Below, piece after piece: positions 8,359-16,901 of a DNA stretch of 32,657 nt. The stretch is from the NCBI GenBank assembly GCA_036769425.1, contig DAIPLE010000001.1:3790-36446 (forward strand). Reading direction: 5' to 3'. Position numbers and translations under genes: made by a program. This DNA comes from Actinomycetota bacterium (GTDB taxonomy: Bacteria > Actinomycetota > Acidimicrobiia > IMCC26256 > PALSA-555). Within the stretch, counting starts at the first letter, position 1. Every line of letters begins with the position of its first letter. The notes below the pieces were generated by a model that saw nothing but the letters and a program-made list of their open reading frames with translations, did no database searches and was not told the DNA's origin.

Positions 8359-11300
8359 TCACCCTCGGCGCCAGCGCTCGGCGAGGACGTAGACCGGTTC
8401 GGTGAGGAGGTCGACCACCGGGATCGAGCCCAGCATGCTCTCGTCGAACGTCGGCTCGGTCTCGGTGACGGCGTCCTTGAGCGCCCCGTAGCGGCCTTGG
8501 TATCCCTGCAGGACGGCTCGCATCGCGTCCGGGGAGAGCAGGTCGGCGAACTGAACGTGCAAGAGGGTGAGCCCAACCGTCTGGTTGTTCTTCACTTCGG
8601 GGACCATCACGATCGTGCGACCGTCGGCCCGCCCGCGGACCGCGGTGACCTCACGCTGGTTCGCGACCCGGTGCTTCGTGCCCCGCAGGCGGGGATCGGC
8701 CTCGGTGCGCGACGCGAACGATGCTGAGACCCCACCCCGGTCGATGACGTGCACCGTCGCGGTGTCCCCGGCGACTTCACCCTCGATTCGGTAACGGGTG
8801 TAGCCGGTGACCGTCGTGACGGCAGGATCGAGTTCGGCGAGCGTACGCAGCGCCCGGAACGCCAGACCGTCGCGGGGTGCGCCCGCGGCGAGCACCTCGC
8901 GGACGAGGGGGATGTGCAGCAGGGTCTCGTCGGACCGTGAGATCCCAACCGTGACCGTCTTGGCCTGGTGCTTGATGGCATCGATGGGACGGGTGAGCTC
9001 TTCAATCGCTTTGGTGAGCGCCACGGTGAGGTCTTGGACGACGACGCTCGGTGCGCCGACGCTGCCGTGCTCCAGCTCGTAGGAGTCGAGCGGGAGCGTC
9101 CCGGCGGCATACCGGAGCAGCGAGGCGACTCGGGTGGCGGTGCTGGCCTCGAGGGTGCCGTCGTACTGGCCGGAGCGGAGACCATCGACGAAGCGGCGGG
9201 CTGGTGCCTCAAGGCGCGGCGCGAGCCGATCGAGGAGCATCGGGGGTGGTCCCGGTGCCGCGGCCTCGATGGCGGCCCGGGCCTCCCGCAGCGGGCGCGC
9301 CGAACCGTCGATCGCGAGGGCAGCTTCGTAGCAGAACAAGTGTCCCGCCACGGTGGAGAGCACAAAGTCGAGGGCCGGGTGCACCACGGGAACCGGGATG
9401 ACTTCGAGGGCATGCGCGAAGCGAGGCGCGTCGTGCTCACTGGCCACGACCAGCGGCGCGGCGCGGTGCGCACCGTAGATGGCGACTTCCTTCGCCACAT
9501 CGTCGACGTTCGACCCCCCGAGCCCCGCCGCGCACACGAGGACAAGCGGCTCGGAGGACAGGTCGATGTGCTTCTTGTCTTCGGTCACATCGCAAGCAAT
9601 GGCCTTGTAGCACAGCTCTGAGAGCTTGATCCGCAGCTCTCGGGCCGCGACGACGTTGCGTCCGTTGCCCACGACGGCCCAGTAGCGACGGTTCAGCACG
9701 TGGCGCTGCGCGACCCCAGCGATGGCCTCGCGGTCGTTGATCACCGACCGCATTGCATCCGGAAGCTCGCGCAGCGCGCCGAGCACTCGTTCGCTGCGAC
9801 CCGGTGCGACGCCGATCTCGCTCGCGATGCCGAGGGCAAGCAGGTAGCCCGCGGCGACCTGAGCGTAGAACGCCTTCGTCGAGGCGACGCTCATCTCGAC
9901 GTCGCGCCCGTCGGAGGTGTACAGGACGCCGTCGGCCTTGTCGACGAGGTCGCTGTTGCGACGATTCACGATCGCGACCACGGTCGCGCCGCGTTCGCGG
10001 GCCAGATCGACGGTGCGGTTGGTGTCGGTGGTCGTGCCGCTCTGGCTGATGGCGATCACGAGCGTGTCCGCCATGTCCTCGCGGAGACCGAATCCGGACA
10101 GCTCGGTCGCGTGGATGGCGTCGACGATCAGCCGGTCCTCGACCGCGTCGCGGAGCGCGAGCGCGAGGCTCTGACCGGCCACCGCGGCGGTGCCTTGGCC
10201 GATGATCGCGACCCGGCGGATCTGGCCGCTTCGCAGGGCGGCAACGAGTGCGTCGGGCAGGGTCTCGGCCCCCAGCTCGACTCGCAGCCGAGGTCCCTGT
10301 TTCGCGTCCCCGTCCCCCGGCGGGGTCTCGACGATCTTTCCCCGCAGGGTCTTTCGAAACGAGTCGGGGGCCTCGGAGATCTCTTTGAGCAGGTAGTGCG
10401 GGTACTCGCCGCGGTCGATGTCTCGGGTCGTGATCTGGGCCTCGTGCAGCTCTCCGTCGCGAACACCAAGCTTGGTCCCGTCGTAGGCCATTCGGGTGAC
10501 GCCCTCGAGGGTGCCGGCCCGGGTTCCGTCGACGACGACGATCTGCCCACGGGTCGCGGCGGGTCGACTGGGGTCGGCGGGCGTCTCTCCGTCGAGGCGC
10601 AGATACGTCGACGTCTCCTCGACGAGCCCGTACGGCTCGCTGGCCACGAGGAACGCATCCTCGGCGAAGCCGACGTAGAGCGCCTGTCCGCTCCCTCGTA
10701 GCGCGAGGAGCAGGGCGTCGGGGAGATCGGCCTGGGCCGCCGCGACGGCAACCGAGCCGTCCAACGCCGTCACCGTCGTCCGGAACGCCTCGATCGGGTC
10801 TAACCCTTCGGCGCGCCGGTGGGTCATGAGCGTGGGGATGACCTTGGCGTCGGTGGTGATCTCCGCCGGGATTCGGAGATCGTCGAGGACGATGAGGTCG
10901 GCGTAGTTGTCAACGTCGCCGTTCAGTGCCGCCGCGACGTAGGGGCCGTCGCGGTGTGGCTCTTCACCGGTGAGCGGATGGGCGTTGGGTTCGGAGATGA
11001 TCCCGACGCTCGCCCAGCGAGTGTGACCCAGCACCTGGGTCTGGGCGGTGTCGACCGCGAGTGCCTCGTGGAGCAACTCATCACTTCGGATCGCGGCCCG
11101 GAGCCGGCGGGTGTTGTCTCCAAGCTCTCCGATCTCAGCTGAGGCCTTGTAGACGAACACCACGGTCTCACCGAACGCCCGCACGGAGCCGGAACCGAAC
11201 AGCGGGTCCGCAGCGCGGGCGTCGATCCGGCCACGAACCGCCGGATCGGCGAGGTCGAGACCGTGTCCCTGGACGAGGAGGTGCAAACCGGCGGAGTCGC

Positions 11301-11802
11301 GTCCACGAACCTCAAGCCGATCGATCGCCGACAAGGCCAGCTGGACCGACGCGAAGGACTCCAGCGCCGCCCGTGAGGCGCCCGATCCGGCGAGGTCGTC
11401 GACCGCGCCAGCCGTTCGGATGCGGTCATGGCGGATCGTCCAGGCCGGGTCCCGTAAGGCGACCAGCGCCGCGTTAAGCGCTTCGAGCTCAGCGCCGCTG
11501 GCCGGCTGCTCCCCGGTATCGAGACGCTGCTCGATACCGGTCACGAGCGCGTCGATGGCCTTGCTCCGAACGTCGAGCTCATGCGCACCGGCCGGATCAC
11601 CCACGAGCGCCAACACCCCGGGCGCGCCCCGCAGGTCGACATCGACGCGGCTCAGCTTGGCCGCGGCCTCATGGAGCGATTCGATTCGCCCGGACCAGTC
11701 GGTCAGCGTCGCTCGCGCCTCGTCCAGCGTCGAGATCAACTCGGAGAGCTCCGGTGGCTCGCGCGTCGCTCGACGGCGAACCACGCCGATAATTCCGCAC
11801 AT
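8359..11802 (-). CDS. glmS: atypically long (1147 aa) glutamine--fructose-6-phosphate aminotransferase-like protein (class-II GATase + 2 SIS domains + extra regions)
   Basis: Starts MCGIIG (Ntn Cys1). Has VRGRDSAG, GHTRWAS, LNGDVDNY, ITTDAKVI (GATase), YPHYLLKEISEAP, ISQSGTTTDT (SIS1), IKLSELCY...DKKHIDL (SIS2 Lys/Glu/His) and a HQAKTVTV tail-like motif at residues 945-952. It lies at the actinobacterial glmM-glmS-acpS position but is about twice normal length. Confidence 0.8.
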   Translation of the reverse strand: MCGIIGVVRRRATREPPELSELISTLDEARATLTDWSGRIESLHEAAAKLSRVDVDLRGAPGVLALVGDPAGAHELDVRSKAIDALVTGIEQRLDTGEQPASGAELEALNAALVALRDPAWTIRHDRIRTAGAVDDLAGSGASRAALESFASVQLALSAIDRLEVRGRDSAGLHLLVQGHGLDLADPAVRGRIDARAADPLFGSGSVRAFGETVVFVYKASAEIGELGDNTRRLRAAIRSDELLHEALAVDTAQTQVLGHTRWASVGIISEPNAHPLTGEEPHRDGPYVAAALNGDVDNYADLIVLDDLRIPAEITTDAKVIPTLMTHRRAEGLDPIEAFRTTVTALDGSVAVAAAQADLPDALLLALRGSGQALYVGFAEDAFLVASEPYGLVEETSTYLRLDGETPADPSRPAATRGQIVVVDGTRAGTLEGVTRMAYDGTKLGVRDGELHEAQITTRDIDRGEYPHYLLKEISEAPDSFRKTLRGKIVETPPGDGDAKQGPRLRVELGAETLPDALVAALRSGQIRRVAIIGQGTAAVAGQSLALALRDAVEDRLIVDAIHATELSGFGLREDMADTLVIAISQSGTTTDTNRTVDLARERGATVVAIVNRRNSDLVDKADGVLYTSDGRDVEMSVASTKAFYAQVAAGYLLALGIASEIGVAPGRSERVLGALRELPDAMRSVINDREAIAGVAQRHVLNRRYWAVVGNGRNVVAARELRIKLSELCYKAIACDVTEDKKHIDLSSEPLVLVCAAGLGGSNVDDVAKEVAIYGAHRAAPLVVASEHDAPRFAHALEVIPVPVVHPALDFVLSTVAGHLFCYEAALAIDGSARPLREARAAIEAAAPGPPPMLLDRLAPRLEAPARRFVDGLRSGQYDGTLEASTATRVASLLRYAAGTLPLDSYELEHGSVGAPSVVVQDLTVALTKAIEELTRPIDAIKHQAKTVTVGISRSDETLLHIPLVREVLAAGAPRDGLAFRALRTLAELDPAVTTVTGYTRYRIEGEVAGDTATVHVIDRGGVSASFASRTEADPRLRGTKHRVANQREVTAVRGRADGRTIVMVPEVKNNQTVGLTLLHVQFADLLSPDAMRAVLQGYQGRYGALKDAVTETEPTFDESMLGSIPVVDLLTEPVYVLAERWRRG

Positions 11803-11814
11803 CGACCGTCAAGC

Positions 11815-13170
11815 CTACGCGGGCGCTGGCGGAGCACCACAGGCGCGCTGAACGGCACCGACGAGACGGTCAGCGACCAGCTCGGCCTGTTCGACGCCGG
11901 GCGCCTCGACCATGACACGCACCACGGACTCCGTACCGGAGGGCCGGACGAGGACGCGCCCGTCGGGTCCCAGATCGCGCTCGATGGACGCCGCCTCTTC
12001 CCAGAACTCTCCGGCTTCGTCGAGCGCGCCGCGGTCCCGGACGGGGACGTTCCGCAAGATCTGAGGGAAGCGCTGCATGACGCCGGCCAGCAGAGAAAGG
12101 GAATGTCCGGTCCCGACGACGACGTCGAGCAGCATCGCGCCGGTCAGGACCCCGTCGCCGCTCGTGGCGTGATCCCGGAAGATGACGTGCCCAGATTGTT
12201 CGCCCCCGAGCACGAGGTCGCGGCGTTCCATCTCGTCGATGACGTGCCGGTCCCCGACCGGAACCTCGACGAAGCCGAGGCCGTGGGTCTCGAGACACTT
12301 CCGGAGCCCGAGGTTCGACATCACGGTGGCGACGACGGCACGGTTCCGTAGTCGGTCACGTTCGGCGAGGTCCAGCGCGCAGACCGCGATGATCTGGTCG
12401 CCATCGACCAACCCGCCGCGCTCATCCACGGCGATGACGCGATCGGCATCCCCGTCGAACGCGAGGCCGGCTCGGGCGCCCCGGTCGACCACCGCCTGTT
12501 GTAGGTGCGACGGATCGGTCGATCCCGAGTTGGCGTTGATATTGGTTCCGTCGGGTGCCGCGTTGAGGATCTCGACCGTGGCCCCGAGCTCGCGGAAGAT
12601 CTTTGGCGCGGTGCGGAATGCTGCGCCGTTTCCACAGTCAAGCACGATGGTCAGGGACTCCAGGCTGCGTCCTTCCATGGACCCGACGACGTGGGGGATG
12701 TACTCATCGATCGAGTCACGCATGGGGCGTACCACGCCGACGGCGCTGCCACCCGGTCCCGGTCCTGGCGAGCTGACCGCCAGCTCCCGCAGCTCCTCCT
12801 CGATTCGCTGCTCGAGCGCGTCGCTCATCTTCTGGCCGCCCGGAGCGAACAGCTTGACCCCGTTGTCTTCGAAGCTGTTATGGCTCGCCGAGATCATGGC
12901 GCCAGGCGCGCTGCGACTCGACGCGAGGAAGGCCACGGTGGGGGTCGGAACGACGCCGGCCAGCTCGACATCGGCGCCTTCCGAGCAGATCCCGGCAACG
13001 AGCGCGGCTTCGATCAGCGGTCCGGACCGGCGTGTGTCGCGTCCGATGACGAACGGTCGGTCGGTGCCGAGCACTCGGGCCGCGGCTCGCCCCAGGGCGG
13101 TCACCAGCTCCGGCGTCAGCTCGCGGTTGGCAACACCGCGGATGCCGTCGGTTCCAAATCGGAGAGTCAC
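11815..13170 (-). CDS. glmM: phosphoglucosamine mutase
   Basis: 451 aa with MTLRFGTDGIRG, phosphoserine loop SASHNSFEDNGVKLF, Mg loop FDGDADR and GEQSGH. GTG start. Confidence 0.95.
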   Translation of the reverse strand: MTLRFGTDGIRGVANRELTPELVTALGRAAARVLGTDRPFVIGRDTRRSGPLIEAALVAGICSEGADVELAGVVPTPTVAFLASSRSAPGAMISASHNSFEDNGVKLFAPGGQKMSDALEQRIEEELRELAVSSPGPGPGGSAVGVVRPMRDSIDEYIPHVVGSMEGRSLESLTIVLDCGNGAAFRTAPKIFRELGATVEILNAAPDGTNINANSGSTDPSHLQQAVVDRGARAGLAFDGDADRVIAVDERGGLVDGDQIIAVCALDLAERDRLRNRAVVATVMSNLGLRKCLETHGLGFVEVPVGDRHVIDEMERRDLVLGGEQSGHVIFRDHATSGDGVLTGAMLLDVVVGTGHSLSLLAGVMQRFPQILRNVPVRDRGALDEAGEFWEEAASIERDLGPDGRVLVRPSGTESVVRVMVEAPGVEQAELVADRLVGAVQRACGAPPAPA

Positions 13171-13200
13171 GGGTCGCGCTGAGGCGGCGCGGGGGGCGCG

Positions 13201-13593
13201 CTAGCGCTTCGAGTACTGGGGCGCCTTGCGGGCCTTCTTGAGGCCGTACTTGCGCCGTTCCTTCTCGCGCGCGTCGCGCACGAGCAACCCGGCCTTCTTG
13301 AGCTGCGGACGCACCTCGTCGTCGAGAGCGACGAGTGCTCGGGCAATCCCGAGCCGCAAGGCGCCGGCCTGGCCGCTGACTCCACCGCCGTGCATCGTGG
13401 CGTCGACGTCGTAGACGTCGGCGGTCTGGGTGAGGCGGAGCGCTTCGGTGGCGCGCTGCACGTGCGTCAGGATCGTGAAGTACTGCTCGACCGGGCGGCC
13501 GTTGATGACGACCTTGCCCGACCCGGGACGGAGTCGCACGCGGGCGACGGCTTCCTTGCGTCGCCCGGTCGTCTGGATGAGAGGTTTGGGCAT
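13201..13593 (-). CDS. rpsI: 30S ribosomal protein S9
   Basis: 130 aa with [12 protein letters not shown]...[19 protein letters not shown]...[18 protein letters not shown]. Confidence 0.97.
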   Translation of the reverse strand: MPKPLIQTTGRRKEAVARVRLRPGSGKVVINGRPVEQYFTILTHVQRATEALRLTQTADVYDVDATMHGGGVSGQAGALRLGIARALVALDDEVRPQLKKAGLLVRDAREKERRKYGLKKARKAPQYSKR

Positions 13594-13608
13594 CGTGTCC
13601 CTTGTCGG

Positions 13609-14067
13609 TTAGGCCGCTGGCGCGTTGCGACGCGCCGAGGTGAGGGCCCGAGGCTTCGGTTGCTGCGCGGCGTGCGGGTGGGTCGGACCGGCGTAGACGC
13701 GCAGCTTCTTGATCATCTGGCGCCCGAGTGGGCCCTTGGGGAGCATGCCCTTCACCGCGAGGCGCACCACCTTGACCGGGTCGCGGGCCAGGAGATGCTC
13801 GAGCGTCTCGCTTCGGATGCCGCCGGGATACCCCGAGTGCCGCCAGTACCGCTTGTCCTGGGCTTTGCGGACCCCGACGTCGAGACGCGCGGCGTTGAGG
13901 ATGATGACGTGATCCCCGACGTCGGCCTGCGGCGCCCAGATCGGCTTGTGCTTGCCTCGGAGCAGGGTCGCGACCTCAGACGCGACGCGGCCGAGCACAG
14001 CACCGTCGGCGTCGACGATGTGCCAGGCGCGTTCAATATCCGAAGGCTTGGGTTGGAAGGTGCGCAC
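13609..14067 (-). CDS. rplM: 50S ribosomal protein L13
   Basis: Track ORF 13609..14457 is over-extended. The conserved start is GTG 14067, giving (M)RTFQPKPSDIERAWHIVDADGAVLGRVASEVATLLRGKHKP (152 aa). Confidence 0.93.
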   Translation of the reverse strand: MRTFQPKPSDIERAWHIVDADGAVLGRVASEVATLLRGKHKPIWAPQADVGDHVIILNAARLDVGVRKAQDKRYWRHSGYPGGIRSETLEHLLARDPVKVVRLAVKGMLPKGPLGRQMIKKLRVYAGPTHPHAAQQPKPRALTSARRNAPAA

Positions 14068-14096
14068 AGCGTCCCGGGTTGGTGAGCGGGGCTCAG

Positions 14097-14139
14097 GTTC
14101 ACGGCGGTCGGCAGCCGGGCAGCTGACCCGGCCGTGAAC
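14097..14139. promoter_or_regulatory. perfect 9+9 nt inverted repeat (GTTCACGGC-N25-GCCGTGAAC) with a nested CCGGG/CCCGG helix, in the divergent rplM / NPP intergenic region
   Basis: Read directly from the sequence. It lies 30 nt upstream of the rplM GTG (minus sense) and 11 nt upstream of ATG 14150 (plus sense). It could be an RNA leader hairpin or an operator. Confidence 0.4.
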
Positions 14140-14149
14140 GCAGCGTCTC

Positions 14150-15724
14150 ATGGTACCGACGGGGGCGGGGATGGGGCAATCCGCCTCGTCTCGACCCATT
14201 ACCCTCGCCGCTGTGAGCGCCACCGCTTCGCCCACCTGGCTGGCCCCACACCACCAGGAAGCCGCCGACGCTGCCCTCACGGTCCTGACCGACGTGTCCC
14301 TCGATCGGGTCGTGGACATGGTCCTCAGCGCGTCCGACGGTGTGTACGAGGCGCGATCGCACGAGGGGGCGGTGCAGTTCCGGCGGGGGGACACTGGCGA
14401 GACCGAGGTCCTGACCACCGAGGGCCGCGACCCTCTCGCGGACCAGGCCACCGACAAGTTCTCGCCCCTCGCCGCCGAGCGGGCCCAGCCTCATCCCAGC
14501 CGCACCGAGAACGCCTACCCGCACGCCTTCGACCAGGTGGTGCAGCTCTTCGATCATCCCGCCGCACCGGATCTGTGCGTGATCCACTCGGCCGCCCACA
14601 ACTGGGAGGACCAGGGTGGCCACCGCGGTGAACATGGCTCGCTCGGGATCGTGCAGGCCCGCGCTCCGTTCATCCTGGCCGGAAAGGGCGTGCGCCACGA
14701 CGGCATCGTCGAGCGCTCGGCTCGACTTGTCGACGTCGCCCCGACGATCCTCGAGCTGCTCGGCGTGAGCGCGGATGCGGTCGGCGAGCACCTCGCCGGT
14801 CAGGACGGCGAGGTCCGTCGCGACGCGCTCGACGTGAGCAGCGGCAGGCCGGACCATGTCGTCGCCTTCCTGTTCGACGGGACCAACGCGAACGTGCTCC
14901 ACGACATGGTGGCCCGTGGTGAGGCTCCGAACGTCGCCCGGCTCGTCGATTCTGGGATCGCGTACGGTCACGGTGCGATGGCCGGTCTTCCGACGGTCAC
15001 GTTGGCCAACCACACGTCGATCCTGACGGGCCGACTTCCCGGTCACCACGGTGTGCTGCACAACGCGTGGTTCGACCGGCGGACCGACAAGCAAGTGATC
15101 ACGAACTCTTCGTCGACGTGGCCTTGGTGCATGCAGCACCTGTTCCCGGGGGTGGACTCAGTCCACAGCGTGCTGCGGCGGGCTCGTCCGGATACGTTCA
15201 CGGCATCGGTCGACGAGCCCTGCGATCACGGAGCATCGTGGTCGACATTTGACGCGTTCCGGCGCGGTGAGGTGCCGACCCCAAGCGCCAAGGAGTCGCT
15301 GCCCCACACCACGGAGCGCTTCGTGAGGCCCAACAAGGACTACCGGTGGTCCACGGTCATCGACCACGCCGGTGTCGAGCAGGCGGTCGGGATCCTCGGC
15401 GGCCAGTTCCGCGACGAGACGTTCCCGATCCCCACGTTCTTGTTCTGCAACTTCACGCTGACGGACGCCGCGATGCACGCCGGGGGTCCGTACTCCGAGA
15501 TCGCGGCGGCCGCGGTGCGCGACACCGACGCCCGCATGGGGGAGGTGCTGGCCGCCGTCGAGTCGGCCGGGATCTTCGACAACACCGCGTTCGTCCTCGT
15601 CGCTGACCACGGGATGGAAGAGAACGACCCGACGGCGACCGGGGACTGGGATGTCACGTTGCGCGACGCCGGGTTGCGGTTCCGCGACGAGGGCTACGGC
15701 TTCGTCTACTTCGACGAGTCGTGA
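14150..15724 (+). CDS. alkaline-phosphatase-superfamily nucleotide pyrophosphatase/phosphodiesterase (NPP, type I phosphodiesterase family) homologue, apparently circularly permuted
   Basis: 524 aa with FLFDGTNANVL (metal Asp), PTVTLANHTSILTGRLPGHHGVLHN (Thr nucleophile motif), LTDAAMHAGGP (D..H) and LVADHGM. The GxHG...APFILAGKG...DVAPTILELLGV segment, normally C-terminal, sits at residues ~155-206. Start may instead be ATG 14171. This is the only plus-strand gene. Confidence 0.8.
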   Translation: MVPTGAGMGQSASSRPITLAAVSATASPTWLAPHHQEAADAALTVLTDVSLDRVVDMVLSASDGVYEARSHEGAVQFRRGDTGETEVLTTEGRDPLADQATDKFSPLAAERAQPHPSRTENAYPHAFDQVVQLFDHPAAPDLCVIHSAAHNWEDQGGHRGEHGSLGIVQARAPFILAGKGVRHDGIVERSARLVDVAPTILELLGVSADAVGEHLAGQDGEVRRDALDVSSGRPDHVVAFLFDGTNANVLHDMVARGEAPNVARLVDSGIAYGHGAMAGLPTVTLANHTSILTGRLPGHHGVLHNAWFDRRTDKQVITNSSSTWPWCMQHLFPGVDSVHSVLRRARPDTFTASVDEPCDHGASWSTFDAFRRGEVPTPSAKESLPHTTERFVRPNKDYRWSTVIDHAGVEQAVGILGGQFRDETFPIPTFLFCNFTLTDAAMHAGGPYSEIAAAAVRDTDARMGEVLAAVESAGIFDNTAFVLVADHGMEENDPTATGDWDVTLRDAGLRFRDEGYGFVYFDES

Positions 15725-15749
15725 TCGAAGGGCCGAGACCCTGCCCCGA

Positions 15750-16550
15750 TCAGTCGTCGTATCCGACGTCCCAGAGGCACAGGCCGTGCGGCGGCGCGAG
15801 CTGACCGGCCTGGGCTCGATCACCGGACCGCAGGACTCCGAGCACCTCTCCCGGGCGGCGCTTCCCAGACCCCGCTTCGACGAGGGTCCCGACGATCGAC
15901 CGCACCATCTGCCAGCAGAACGCCTTGGCCCGAATCTCGAAGTGGAGGACATCACCATCGCCGTGATGCCATCGCGCGTCGAAGACCCGTCGCCGGGTCG
16001 TGGACCCTTCCGGCCCTCGACGGCAGAACGCGGCGAAGTCGTGATCGCCGACGAACGGGTCCGCCGCGAGGCGCAGCAACCGAAGATCAAGCGGGTCCGG
16101 TACCCACCATGCGAAACGAGCGAGGAACGGGTCGGGTTCGGTCCCGGTCACGATCGTGTACCGGTACCGACGCCAACGGGCAGATCGGCGTGCGTTGAAG
16201 TCATCACCGGCTGCCTCGACGTGGCGTACGACGACCTCCGGACCGAGCATGCGGTTGACGGCGTGATGGATCTCCTCGCAGTCGGTCCCGGGCGGAGCCT
16301 CGACGCTGACGACCTGGCCGCGCGCATGGACGCCCTTGTCGGTACGCCCGGCACAGACCAGCTCGAGTGAAGCGCCGGGCTGCCCCAGCACCTTCTCCAG
16401 GGCATCGGTGAGGACACCTTCGACGGTGCGAACCACGCGCTGCGAGGCGAAGCCGTGAAAATCGGTGCCGTCGTAGGCGATGAGCAGTTTGAGGCGCGAC
16501 CCGGGTTCCCGGTGCGGCGACGCCGGCGTGCCGGCGTCGAAGAGGGTCAC
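15750..16550 (-). CDS. truA: tRNA pseudouridine(38-40) synthase TruA
   Basis: 266 aa with [16 protein letters not shown] and catalytic [14 protein letters not shown]. Its start overlaps the rplQ stop. Confidence 0.93.
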   Translation of the reverse strand: MTLFDAGTPASPHREPGSRLKLLIAYDGTDFHGFASQRVVRTVEGVLTDALEKVLGQPGASLELVCAGRTDKGVHARGQVVSVEAPPGTDCEEIHHAVNRMLGPEVVVRHVEAAGDDFNARRSARWRRYRYTIVTGTEPDPFLARFAWWVPDPLDLRLLRLAADPFVGDHDFAAFCRRGPEGSTTRRRVFDARWHHGDGDVLHFEIRAKAFCWQMVRSIVGTLVEAGSGKRRPGEVLGVLRSGDRAQAGQLAPPHGLCLWDVGYDD

Positions 16551-16897
16551 ACCAGTTCGACACGCGCCATCGGCGCGTTGTCACCCGGACGCGGCCCGAG
16601 CTTCAGGATCCGCAGATAACCGCCGGGGCGCTCCTCGTACCGGGGAGCGATCTCGGCGAAGAGCTTGTGGGCCACTGCCTTGTCGTGCAGCTTCGCGACG
16701 ACCTGGCGCCGGTCGTGCACGGTTCCACGCCGAGCCTTGGTGATCAGGCGCTCCGCGTAGGGCCGGAGGGCCTTCGCCTTCGTCTCGGTCGTCACGATTG
16801 CCCCCGCCTCGAAGAGGTGCGCCGCCAGGTTGGCGAGCAGGAGGCGCTGGTGCGCGGGGTCTCGCCCGAGGCGCGGACCCTTCGTCGGCGTCGGCAC
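16547..16897 (-). CDS. rplQ: 50S ribosomal protein L17
   Basis: 116 aa with [24 protein letters not shown]...[20 protein letters not shown]. Confidence 0.96.
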   Translation of the reverse strand: MPTPTKGPRLGRDPAHQRLLLANLAAHLFEAGAIVTTETKAKALRPYAERLITKARRGTVHDRRQVVAKLHDKAVAHKLFAEIAPRYEERPGGYLRILKLGPRPGDNAPMARVELV

Positions 16898-16901
16898 GGT
16901 G

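Noticed and set aside
11803-11814. Possibility of a glmS ribozyme or riboswitch upstream of the GlmS-like gene.
   Set aside because: Only 12 nt separate the glmM stop from the glmS-like ATG, so there is no room for a ribozyme. That element is also characteristic of Firmicutes-type lineages rather than this context.
15725-15749. Convergent junction between the NPP gene and truA, examined for a bidirectional terminator.
   Set aside because: The gap is only 25 nt and has no stem longer than 3 bp and no T-tract, so no terminator can be supported from the sequence.
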